A stretch of DNA of 64,000 nt from positions 1 through 64,000 of the forward strand of contig JAZDCY010000098.1 of the NCBI GenBank assembly GCA_036679645.1, given 5' to 3'. The DNA is from Gemmatimonadota bacterium (GTDB lineage: Bacteria > Gemmatimonadota > Gemmatimonadetes > Gemmatimonadales > GWC2-71-9). Below, piece after piece: positions 27,360 to 35,589 of the stretch (position 1 is its first letter; the number at the start of each line of letters is the position of its first letter). The notes below the pieces were generated by a model. It had not been told where the DNA came from, did no database searches, and was given only the letters and a program-made list of their open reading frames with translations. Position numbers and translations under genes: made by a program.

Positions 27360-27839
27360 CTAGGCCGCCTCCGCGTCACTCTCCCCATCCAACTCTACGA
27401 CATCGCGAGTGAAATCCAGCACCAACTGAATTGGTGGAGTCTCTGCGTGTAGCTCGTTGAAGAACCGCACATCGTTGCTAAGCTGGCGGCAGTCGTAGAC
27501 AATGGAGTTTCGGCGCTGAGCCACAGAGATTCGCATGAACTCTGGTGATGTCGTGCGGATGTCGTCCCAGAACGTACCCTGCTCACCATCACGCCTCCTG
27601 GTCCTCGCGGGTACCTTCGCCCGAACGCGGTGCCCATGAGCGTCTGTCAGGTGTTCATCGCGCATGGAGTCGGCGATGAAGCTGCCACAGACACGAAGCT
27701 TGTCCTCACGACCGATCTCCCACATCCCACGGCCTAGGACCCACTCGGCAATCTCCGTTGCCTTCGCGGGCCAAGCACCACCAGCAAGTCGATACTCTCG
27801 AACAATACGCTGGCCCTGCTTCATGTAATGCGATGACAT
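27360..27839 (-). CDS. Hypothetical protein (159 aa), third gene of the higBA operon
   Basis: ATG 21 nt after the higA stop with an AGGA SD; globular composition. Confidence 0.8.
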   Translation of the reverse strand: MSSHYMKQGQRIVREYRLAGGAWPAKATEIAEWVLGRGMWEIGREDKLRVCGSFIADSMRDEHLTDAHGHRVRAKVPARTRRRDGEQGTFWDDIRTTSPEFMRISVAQRRNSIVYDCRQLSNDVRFFNELHAETPPIQLVLDFTRDVVELDGESDAEAA

Positions 27840-27860
27840 CGGACGATTCCTATTCTTGGG

Positions 27861-28985
27861 TTACCGAAGACCGATCTCAGGTGTGCTGCCAAAACCATCT
27901 ACCAATGCTGTTGAGGCGACAACGTGCCTGATCTTCGCAAGGTGACGCACGTACCTATTCCATTGATCGAATCGCTTGCGAAGCTGCCCTGCCACGAGCC
28001 CGGAGTGTCGGTCGATGCTATGCGCGAACCGGCGAATGTTATCATCGGTGAACAGCGGCCCCTTACGAGCCACAAAATCATCCAACAGCGCCTGGGGAAC
28101 GCAGAACTCGGCCGCTGCTCGGTTGGCCTTCCGTTCCTGCTCAGACACGTCATCCCCGGCTCGATCCACGTCGCTGTCGATCATGACTGCGTCTTTCCCG
28201 TCACCATTCAAGACATGCTCGATCTCATGCCGTAGGACGAACCAGAAGTTGTCGATCCGATCCTCCTTGAGCGACATGCCAATAACCGGCTTCTTCGGCT
28301 CGGGCCAGAAACAGACACCGTCCACGCGAAGCCCTGGCAACTTCTCCACTACGACGAATCTCACGCCCGCCTCTGCAAGAATTCGTGGAACCTGGTGGGC
28401 GTCATCCGGCGACCGAAGAAGCTCACCAAGTCTGTCGAGGGCCGCCTCCAGTTTGTGATTAGAGTAGGGAGCCACCGTAAGGGTCTGTGCCAGTTGCTTG
28501 ACTCTCAGGAGCCATGCTTCCTGCGTTGTCGTCGTTTCCGCATCGTAGGATGTCTGCTTCGCTGCGTAGGCCAGCTTTGGCCGTTGGCTCAATTCGGGAA
28601 CGCCGAGAAACTTGAGCACGTCACTTTCAAGCACATCGGTGTTTTTTGACGCCGTAATCCACCCCCGAATCGACATCTCTCGAACGGGACACCGCTCCCG
28701 AAGCCGCGCCCTGCGTGAAATACGCTTCGGTGCGGCTTCGGTGTTGGTCAAGCGGTAGGCGGCCTCTAGGTTGAGCCACAACTCGGCACCCGTGCCCAAC
28801 GCTGCCGCCAGCTCCTTGGCGATCTCGGGGGTAATAGCACGCTTCCCCTTCACAATCTGGCTGACCGCAGAAGCAGGTCGGCCGATAATGTCTGCGAACT
28901 CTGCCTGGCTCCAGCCCCGTGCGTCTAACTCGTCGCTCAGGTACTCACCAGGAGGGAATGTCTCTGCTGGGATGCGCGTATTCAT
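27861..28985 (-). CDS. HigA-type XRE HTH antitoxin fused to an ImmA/IrrE-type metallopeptidase
   Basis: N-terminal FPPGEYLSDELDARGWSQAEFA...KRAITPEIA...WLNLE; C-terminal RIDNFWFVLRHEIEH (HEXXH) and ERKANRAA. Confidence 0.88.
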   Translation of the reverse strand: MNTRIPAETFPPGEYLSDELDARGWSQAEFADIIGRPASAVSQIVKGKRAITPEIAKELAAALGTGAELWLNLEAAYRLTNTEAAPKRISRRARLRERCPVREMSIRGWITASKNTDVLESDVLKFLGVPELSQRPKLAYAAKQTSYDAETTTTQEAWLLRVKQLAQTLTVAPYSNHKLEAALDRLGELLRSPDDAHQVPRILAEAGVRFVVVEKLPGLRVDGVCFWPEPKKPVIGMSLKEDRIDNFWFVLRHEIEHVLNGDGKDAVMIDSDVDRAGDDVSEQERKANRAAAEFCVPQALLDDFVARKGPLFTDDNIRRFAHSIDRHSGLVAGQLRKRFDQWNRYVRHLAKIRHVVASTALVDGFGSTPEIGLR

Positions 28986-29001
28986 CGGTACACCACCCTC
29001 G

Positions 29002-29298
29002 TCAGTGGTAGTCGACAATCTCTATCACTCCAATTCGTTTCTTGGGCGCCTCGCCGCGAATCTCCAAAATCAGGCGCCATTGGTCGTTCAGTTTCATCGA
29101 GTGCTGGTCGGCGCGATCTCTTTCGAGCTTTTTGAAGTTGAGACCGCGCATGGCGTACAGATCGCGTTCGTCCACGGCAGCGCGAATGAACCCAATCGCC
29201 TTCCGGAACCCCTTCACAATGGCTGGCGCTAACCCGGCCGTGAATCCGGGGTCTGTTTCCAGCCGATCAAGGTCAGGATCGTCATACTCGATTTCCAT
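29002..29298 (-). CDS. higB: HigB/RelE-superfamily toxin (plasmid-maintenance killer type)
   Basis: LNFKKL..DR..QHSMKLNDQWRLI...IVDYH; toxin-first order. Confidence 0.9.
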   Translation of the reverse strand: MEIEYDDPDLDRLETDPGFTAGLAPAIVKGFRKAIGFIRAAVDERDLYAMRGLNFKKLERDRADQHSMKLNDQWRLILEIRGEAPKKRIGVIEIVDYH

Positions 29299-29406
29299 GC
29301 CCTAGTACATTAAGCCTTGAGCGCAGTTACCGCAATAGCGAAATTATGAAATTCGGTAATTCGCTGCCTGACCTTGCTTGAGCATTTGACTAGGTTGCCT
29401 GTGACA

Positions 29407-30252
29407 ATGAATAAGCTCCCCGTTGCAAGGCAGGCGGCCATTCTCCGGGCCCTCACGGAAGGCAACTCCAGCCGGGCGACCGCCCGGCTGGTCGGGATCT
29501 CCAAGACGACGGTTCTCAAGCTCCTGGTCGAGGTGGGGGAGTTCTGTGAGTTTTACCAGGACAAAGTCCTGCGGAACCTGCCGTGCACGCGGATCGAGGC
29601 CGGCGAGATTTGGGCCTTCGTCGGGGCCAAGCAGAAGCGCGCCACCCGGAAGGGCGACGGGGACATTTGGACATTCACGGCGATCTGTGCCGACACCAAG
29701 CTCATGGTCTCGTGGTCGGTCGGGTATCGGACTCACGCGTATGCCCACGCCTTCATCGAGGATGTGGCCTCGCGACTAACCAACAGAGTCCAGTTCACCA
29801 CGGACGGCCACCACATGTACCTGTCGGCGGTCGAAGAAGCCTTCGGCTACGGCGGCGTGGACTACGCGCAACTGGTGAAGATTTACAAGTCAGCGCCTGG
29901 TGTCGGATACAGCCCCGGCGAGTGCATCGGGACTCAGAAGGAACGGATCATGGGGCGGCCCGATCCCGAGAACGTGTCCACCAGTTACGTGGAGCGGTCA
30001 AACCTCAGCATCCGAATGGGGATGCGGCGGTTCACCCGGTTGACGAACGCCTTCAGCAAGAAGGTGGAGAACCACGCGCACGCCGTGGCCCTCTACTTCA
30101 TGCATTACAACTTCTGCCGCCCGCATCAGACGCTGACGAAGAAGGCCAACGGAGTGAAGGTCACGCCCGCAATGGCGAACGGGTTGACGGACCGGGTGTG
30201 GACGATGGAAGACGTTTTGGACCGCATGAATCCAGCTCGATTGTTACAATGA
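29407..30252 (+). CDS. IS1-family DDE transposase (single ORF, N-terminal HTH)
   Basis: EGNSSRATARLVGISKTTV HTH, (G)EIWAFV, TTDG, STSYVERSNLSIR, RRFTRLTNAFSKK, YNFCRPH and TPAMA motifs; stop codon lies in the right inverted repeat. Confidence 0.93.
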   Translation: MNKLPVARQAAILRALTEGNSSRATARLVGISKTTVLKLLVEVGEFCEFYQDKVLRNLPCTRIEAGEIWAFVGAKQKRATRKGDGDIWTFTAICADTKLMVSWSVGYRTHAYAHAFIEDVASRLTNRVQFTTDGHHMYLSAVEEAFGYGGVDYAQLVKIYKSAPGVGYSPGECIGTQKERIMGRPDPENVSTSYVERSNLSIRMGMRRFTRLTNAFSKKVENHAHAVALYFMHYNFCRPHQTLTKKANGVKVTPAMANGLTDRVWTMEDVLDRMNPARLLQ

Positions 30253-30283
30253 ACATGGGCCACTACCCGCCGTAACCCCTCAC

Positions 30284-30312
30284 TTGCGGTACATTTAGGC
30301 CCTCTCTATATT
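30284..30312 (+). promoter_or_regulatory. Putative sigma70 promoter of the rpmJ-rplQ operon
   Basis: TTGCGG-N17-TATATT upstream of an AAGGAG SD and rpmJ. Confidence 0.6.
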
Positions 30313-30353
30313 TACCGTTCTGGCCGCGATTTCTTGATACAAGGAGTGCGTTC

Positions 30354-30470
30354 TTGAAAGTTCGCTCGAGCGTTCGCCCCATGTGCGAGCACTGCAAAGT
30401 GGTCCGTCGCCGTGGTGTCACGCTCATCACCTGCAAGCGCAATCCCAAGCACAAGCAACGGCAGGGATAA
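30354..30470 (+). CDS. rpmJ: 50S ribosomal protein L36
   Basis: TTG start; [38 protein letters not shown]; absent from the ORF track. Confidence 0.97.
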   Translation: MKVRSSVRPMCEHCKVVRRRGVTLITCKRNPKHKQRQG

Positions 30471-30474
30471 AACC

Positions 30475-30855
30475 ATGGCGCGCATTGCAGGTGTCGATCT
30501 TCCGAGAGAGAAACGTGTCGAGATTGCCCTCACGTACATCTTTGGTGTGGGGCGGACGACGTCGCTGCGTATCCTCGACGAAACGGCCATCTCGGGCGAC
30601 ACGCGGGTCCGGGATCTGTCCGATGCCGAGGTAGCGCGGCTACGGCAGGCCATCGAGCGCGGGGTCAAGGTTGAGGGCGCGCTGCGCACAGAGGTCGCCA
30701 TGAACATCAAGCGGCTCATGGACATTGGGAGCTATCGGGGCATGCGGCACCGACGCGGCCTGCCGGTGCACGGACAACGGACGCACACCAACGCGCGCAC
30801 CAAGAAGGGGCCGCGCCGTGCAATTGCCGGGAGAAAGAAAGCGGTGAAGAAATAG
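30475..30855 (+). CDS. rpsM: 30S ribosomal protein S13
   Basis: [10 protein letters not shown]...[13 protein letters not shown]. Confidence 0.98.
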   Translation: MARIAGVDLPREKRVEIALTYIFGVGRTTSLRILDETAISGDTRVRDLSDAEVARLRQAIERGVKVEGALRTEVAMNIKRLMDIGSYRGMRHRRGLPVHGQRTHTNARTKKGPRRAIAGRKKAVKK

Positions 30856-31236
30856 ATGGCGAGCACAGGCGCAAAGCGAAAAAAAGTCGTCGAATCGGAA
30901 GGGGTCGCGCACATCACTGCGACCTTCAACAATACGCTCATTACGATCACAGACCTGCGCGGGAACACCGTTGCCTGGGGTTCCGCCGGGAAATCCGGGT
31001 TCAAGGGATCCAAGAAGTCAACGTCCTTTGCCGCCACGGTGGCGGCCGAAAACTGTGGACGTGAGGCGTCTAACCTCGGTGTGAAGAAGGTGCACGTGCG
31101 CGTGCAGGGTCCCGGTTCCGGACGTGAGTCGGCCGTTCAGGCGCTCGCTTCTGCCGGTCTGCAGATTCTGTCGATTCGCGACGTGACGCCGATTCCGCAC
31201 AACGGGTGTCGGCCACCCAAGAAACGGCGGGTCTGA
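30856..31236 (+). CDS. rpsK: 30S ribosomal protein S11
   Basis: [14 protein letters not shown] and [14 protein letters not shown] motifs. Confidence 0.98.
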   Translation: MASTGAKRKKVVESEGVAHITATFNNTLITITDLRGNTVAWGSAGKSGFKGSKKSTSFAATVAAENCGREASNLGVKKVHVRVQGPGSGRESAVQALASAGLQILSIRDVTPIPHNGCRPPKKRRV

Positions 31237-31238
31237 TC

Positions 31239-31874
31239 ATGGGGCGTTACACGGGACCTGCCTGCAGGCTGTGTCGCCGGGAGACCACCAAGCTCTTTCT
31301 GAAGGGGACCCGGTGCATTACCGACAAGTGTGCTATCGAGCGGCGTGGGTACGCGCCCGGGCAGCACGGCCAGTCAACGGGCCGTCGGCGTAAGACGTCC
31401 GAGTACGCACGCCAGTTGCGGGAGAAGCAAAAAGTCAAACGAATCTACGGGCTCTCGGAGCGGCAGTTCCGGATCATGTTTCGTAAGGTCCGCAATCAGC
31501 CAGGTGTCACTGGCGCCAACCTGATGATCGCCCTCGAGAGCCGGCTCGATAACCTCGTCTACCGCATGGGGTTTGCTCCCAGCCGCAGGGCGGCTCGGCA
31601 GCTCGTGCTGCATCGCCACATTCGCGTGAACGGGCAAACGGTGGATATCCCGTCGTACGCCCTCAAGCCGCGCGACGAGGTGCAGGTGCGGGAAGGGACA
31701 CGCGATTCCGCGATGGTGCGGGCGGCACTCGAGAACGCGCAACGTGGGGCCCCGATTGCGTGGCTCACCATAGATCCCGAAAAGGCGTCCGGGAAGCTGG
31801 CTGAAGTACCAACACGCGATGCGATTCCTGTCGCTGCACAGGAGCAACTGATCGTCGAGCTCTACTCGAAGTAG
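31239..31874 (+). CDS. rpsD: 30S ribosomal protein S4
   Basis: MGRYTGP, QLREKQK, LESRLDN and IVELYSK motifs. Confidence 0.98.
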   Translation: MGRYTGPACRLCRRETTKLFLKGTRCITDKCAIERRGYAPGQHGQSTGRRRKTSEYARQLREKQKVKRIYGLSERQFRIMFRKVRNQPGVTGANLMIALESRLDNLVYRMGFAPSRRAARQLVLHRHIRVNGQTVDIPSYALKPRDEVQVREGTRDSAMVRAALENAQRGAPIAWLTIDPEKASGKLAEVPTRDAIPVAAQEQLIVELYSK

Positions 31875-31876
31875 CC

Positions 31877-32941
31877 ATGAATATCGATCTTACTGGTCTC
31901 GTCCGTGCCTCCGTGGTCGAAATGACCAAGCGCGAGGAAGATCCTTTTGCCGCAGAGTTCCGACTTCAGCCCTTGGAGCGGGGGTACGGGTACACCCTCG
32001 GGAACGCGTTACGCCGCATGCTGCTGGCGTCGTTGCGTGGTACCGCCGTCTGGGGGTTCCGGTTGGAGGGTGTGGTGCATGAGCACCAGACGGTGCCGGG
32101 GGTCGTCGAAGATATCCACCAGATCATCCGGCGGCTCAAACAGCTGACGCTGGTCCTTGCGGACGACGTGGACGAGGCGGTGCTCAACATCAATGCCGAA
32201 AAGGCGGGCCCTGTCTACGGCCGGGATATCCAGCCGCACGGCTCGGTCGATATCGTCAATCCCGATCACCTCCTGTTCACGCTGCAGGAGGACCGCGAGA
32301 TCACCGGCGAGCTTTATGTGAACAAGGGCCGCGGGTACGTGGAGGCATCTCAGCATCCCGTCGATCGCTCGCTGCCGGTGGATCTGGTGCGGATCGACTC
32401 GATCTACAATCCCGTCCGGCGCGCCAACTTCACCGTAGCCGAGACGCGCGTCGGTCAGCGCACCGATTTCGATCGTCTGACGATCTCGGTGGAGACGAAC
32501 GGAACGATCTCGCCAGAAGATGCCGTAGCATACGGGGCCGCACTGCTCCAAGAGCATTTCCGGGCGTTCCTGGATTTCGGCAAGGTCCCCACGGTGGCCG
32601 ACGTGCCCGCCGAGGGCGAGACCGATGGCGCGCAAATGCGGGATCTGCTCTCCAAGCCAATCGACGACTGCGGGCTCTCGGTCCGATCGATAAACTCGCT
32701 CAAGAACTCGAGCATCAGCACCCTGGGAGATCTGGTCAAGTACACGGAAGATGATCTCCTCAAGGTGAAGAATGTTGGAGAGAAGGCGCTGTCCGAGATC
32801 TCGGAGCTGCTACGCCGCGAAAACCTGAACTTCGGGATGTCGTTTGAAGATCGGGGCGATGATTTCGTCGTGACGAGTGGGGGCCATCCGCCGGCAGATA
32901 TGGTGGCGGCGCCGGACATGGTAGCGGCGGCGGAGGAGTAG
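31877..32941 (+). CDS. rpoA: RNA polymerase alpha subunit
   Basis: PLERGYGYTLGNALRR, RVGQRTDFD and LSVRSINSL motifs. Confidence 0.98.
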   Translation: MNIDLTGLVRASVVEMTKREEDPFAAEFRLQPLERGYGYTLGNALRRMLLASLRGTAVWGFRLEGVVHEHQTVPGVVEDIHQIIRRLKQLTLVLADDVDEAVLNINAEKAGPVYGRDIQPHGSVDIVNPDHLLFTLQEDREITGELYVNKGRGYVEASQHPVDRSLPVDLVRIDSIYNPVRRANFTVAETRVGQRTDFDRLTISVETNGTISPEDAVAYGAALLQEHFRAFLDFGKVPTVADVPAEGETDGAQMRDLLSKPIDDCGLSVRSINSLKNSSISTLGDLVKYTEDDLLKVKNVGEKALSEISELLRRENLNFGMSFEDRGDDFVVTSGGHPPADMVAAPDMVAAAEE

Positions 32942-32948
32942 CGAGGCC

Positions 32949-33305
32949 ATGCGGCATCGCGTCAAGGGGCGCCAGTTATCTCGGACCGCGAGTCACCGGC
33001 GTGCCATGCTCGGCAACATGGCCACCGATCTCTTTCGCCACGAAGGGATCGTGACGACCCAGGCCAAGGCCAAGGAACTCCGTCCCTATGCCGAGAAACT
33101 CATCACGCTCGCGCGGCGCGGAGATCTTCACGCCCGCCGCCAGGTCGAACGCAAGATCCGCGATCGTACGGTCGCCGGCCGGCTCTTCAAGGAGATTGGT
33201 CCGCGATTCGCGGGGCGACCGGGCGGGTACACACGTATCGTCAAGTTGGGGCACCGGTCCGGAGACGGCGCCGAAATGGCGCGCATCGAACTGCTAGAGG
33301 AGTGA
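32949..33305 (+). CDS. rplQ: 50S ribosomal protein L17
   Basis: MRHR...TTQAKAKE...RPGGYTRI. Confidence 0.98.
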   Translation: MRHRVKGRQLSRTASHRRAMLGNMATDLFRHEGIVTTQAKAKELRPYAEKLITLARRGDLHARRQVERKIRDRTVAGRLFKEIGPRFAGRPGGYTRIVKLGHRSGDGAEMARIELLEE

Positions 33306-33329
33306 GCGGGAACGGCGGCCAACGAATGC

Positions 33330-33357
33330 AAAACGGGGACCTGCGGGTCCCCGTTTT
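33330..33357. terminator. Bidirectional intrinsic terminator between rplQ and rpmB
   Basis: AAAACGGGGACC-TGCG-GGTCCCCGTTTT between convergent genes. Confidence 0.85.
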
Positions 33358-33381
33358 CTTGGCGGCTACGTCGTGTACGTG

Positions 33382-33597
33382 CTAGCCGGCAGCGACCGCC
33401 GGCCCGCGCGGCGCTCTCACCACACGCCCCGACTTGATGCACTGGGTGCAAGCTCGGATCCGGCGCGACTTGCCGTCAATCAACGCCCGAACGGGCTGCA
33501 GATTGGGATACCAACGCCGGTTGGTCTTATTGTTCGCGTGGCTGACGTTGTGCCCGAACCGCGGGCCCTTGCCACAGATATCACACGTGCGTGCCAT
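33382..33597 (-). CDS. rpmB: 50S ribosomal protein L28
   Basis: [10 protein letters not shown]...[17 protein letters not shown]...CTQC. Confidence 0.97.
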   Translation of the reverse strand: MARTCDICGKGPRFGHNVSHANNKTNRRWYPNLQPVRALIDGKSRRIRACTQCIKSGRVVRAPRGPAVAAG

Positions 33598-33697
33598 AGT
33601 TGTTACTCGTAACGTGAGTTTCCAGAATGATCTACAGAATATGGAAAGCTAGCCGTACCGGGCCCGACCTTCAACCCTTACAGGAAGGCTGAGTCCC

Positions 33698-34666
33698 GTG
33701 CCTACCGCGCTGATCACCGGCGTCACCGGCCAGGATGGTTCCTACCTCGCCGAGTTTCTGCTGGAGCAGGGGTACCGCGTCGTCGGTGTAGTGCGCCGCA
33801 CTTCGCACGACTCGTACGAGCGCATCGGTCATCTGCTGGACCGGGTGGAGATCGTCCCCGCAGATCTGCTCGACCAGCACTCTCTGACTATGGTCATCAG
33901 GGACGTCGAGCCCGACGAGATCTACAACCTCGCGGCCCAAAGCTTCGTGCCCACCAGTTGGACCCAACCTGTGCTGACCGGTGAGTTCACGGCCCTCGGT
34001 GTGACTCGGCTGCTCGAAGCTGTTCGGTTGGCGCGGCCGCAGGCCAGGTTCTACCAGGCGTCGTCTTCCGAGATGTTCGGGAAGGCGCGCGAGACCCCGC
34101 AGTCGGAAACGACCGCGTTTCACCCGCGGTCTCCCTACGGCGTCGCCAAGGTGTACGGGCACTGGATTACGGTGAACTACCGCGAGTCCTACGACATCTA
34201 TGCGGTGAGCGGCATGCTCTTCAACCATGAATCTCCGCGCAGAGGTCTGGAGTTCGTGACGCGCAAGATCACCGACGGGGTGGCGCGAATCAAACTCGGG
34301 CTGAGCGACGAGTTGCGGCTTGGTAATCTCGACGCTCAGCGGGATTGGGGCTTTGCAGGCGACTACGTGCGCGCGATGTGGTTGATGTTGCAGCAGTCCA
34401 CCCCCGATGACTTCGTTATCGGATCAGGCAAGACCCACGCCGTACGCGAGTTCGTAGAACTGGCCTTCGGGCACGTGGATCTCGACTGGAAACAGCATGT
34501 GCGGATCGATCAGCGGTTCGTCCGACCCGCCGAGGTGGATCTGCTGCTCGCCGATCCCCGCAAGGCGCGCGACCAGTTGGGATGGGAACCGACGGTGAGT
34601 TTCCCCGAGCTTGTCACCATGATGGTGGACGCCGACCTCGAACGACTGGACGGTCACGGGCGGTGA
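33698..34666 (+). CDS. gmd: GDP-mannose 4,6-dehydratase
   Basis: [35 protein letters not shown] and RDWG motifs. Confidence 0.95.
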   Translation: MPTALITGVTGQDGSYLAEFLLEQGYRVVGVVRRTSHDSYERIGHLLDRVEIVPADLLDQHSLTMVIRDVEPDEIYNLAAQSFVPTSWTQPVLTGEFTALGVTRLLEAVRLARPQARFYQASSSEMFGKARETPQSETTAFHPRSPYGVAKVYGHWITVNYRESYDIYAVSGMLFNHESPRRGLEFVTRKITDGVARIKLGLSDELRLGNLDAQRDWGFAGDYVRAMWLMLQQSTPDDFVIGSGKTHAVREFVELAFGHVDLDWKQHVRIDQRFVRPAEVDLLLADPRKARDQLGWEPTVSFPELVTMMVDADLERLDGHGR

Positions 34667-35589
34667 GAATCCTCGTCACGGGTGCCGACGGGTTCGTGGG
34701 GAGGCATGCCGTCGCGCGGTTCGGCCGTCTCGGTCACGACGTGACGGCCGTGGTGAAGCGGGGGGCAGCACCTGTCGACGCGGCGCGGTGTAGTGAGATG
34801 GATCTCGCCGACCGGGCAAGCGTCGCCGCGTTGGCCGATCCCGATGTGGAGGCGGTAGTGCACCTGGCAGCGGTGGCGTCAGGCGGCGACGCGCGACGAG
34901 ATCCGGGCGCGGCGTGGGAGGTCAACGCGGCTGGGACAGCGAGAGTCTGCGAGGTGTTTGGTCAACTCCAGGCCGAGGGTCGCTCGGATCCACTCGTACT
35001 CGTCGTGTCGACCGCCGAGGTGTATGGGCAGGGGGAAGCGCGGCTGCGCACCGAGCGTGACGTTCCCGCACCCTGCTCGCCGTATGCAGCGTCCAAGCTC
35101 GGCGCCGAGATTGCGGCTCAGGAGGTGGCCCGGCGCACGGGTCTTCGGGTGGTTGTCGTTCGCGCCTTTCCGCATTCGGGCGCGGGGCACGATACCCGAT
35201 TCGTGCTTCCGGCGTTCGCGCGGCGACTGATAGCGGCAAAGGCGGCGGGCGAGCGAACCGTTGCGGTGGGGAACGTGGATCCGATTCGCGATTTCCTACA
35301 CGTTTCCGATGTCGTGGACGCCTACGTGGCCCTGCTGGCGGACGGAGAGCCCGGTGAGGTTTATAATGTGGCGTCGGGGGAGGGCCATAGCATCCGGGAC
35401 CTCTTCGGGAAACTCGCGCACCTCGTCGGTGCGACGGTCGCCCCAGCGGTGGATCCGCACATGGTTCGCTCCGCGGAGATCGCGCATCTGGTCGGTGATG
35501 CTTCAAAGCTGCGTACACGAACAGGGTGGGAGCCTCGCGAGACCATTGATACCATGCTAGCAGAGATCGTACGTGCCCAAGCGAACTGA
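34663..35589 (+). CDS. GDP-4-dehydro-6-deoxy-D-mannose reductase (Rmd-like extended SDR)
   Basis: [15 protein letters not shown] and [10 protein letters not shown] motifs; overlaps the gmd stop. Confidence 0.75.
   Translation: MRILVTGADGFVGRHAVARFGRLGHDVTAVVKRGAAPVDAARCSEMDLADRASVAALADPDVEAVVHLAAVASGGDARRDPGAAWEVNAAGTARVCEVFGQLQAEGRSDPLVLVVSTAEVYGQGEARLRTERDVPAPCSPYAASKLGAEIAAQEVARRTGLRVVVVRAFPHSGAGHDTRFVLPAFARRLIAAKAAGERTVAVGNVDPIRDFLHVSDVVDAYVALLADGEPGEVYNVASGEGHSIRDLFGKLAHLVGATVAPAVDPHMVRSAEIAHLVGDASKLRTRTGWEPRETIDTMLAEIVRAQAN

Larger units (their letters stand above)
26813..30267 (+). mobile_element. IS1-family (ISMhu11-like) element carrying passenger genes, 3,455 bp
   Basis: Left end GGTAATGGCCCAGTTTGAATTGTGACAA; right end TTGTTACAATGAACATGGGCCACTACC; perfect 9-bp direct repeat CGCCGTAAC at 26804-26812 and 30268-30276; contains a DDE transposase. 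Confidence 0.93.

Noticed and set aside
32895..32935. 18-nt imperfect duplication in the rpoA tail (DMVAA twice)
   Set aside because: In-frame duplication in a variable C-terminal tail; unlikely to be significant.
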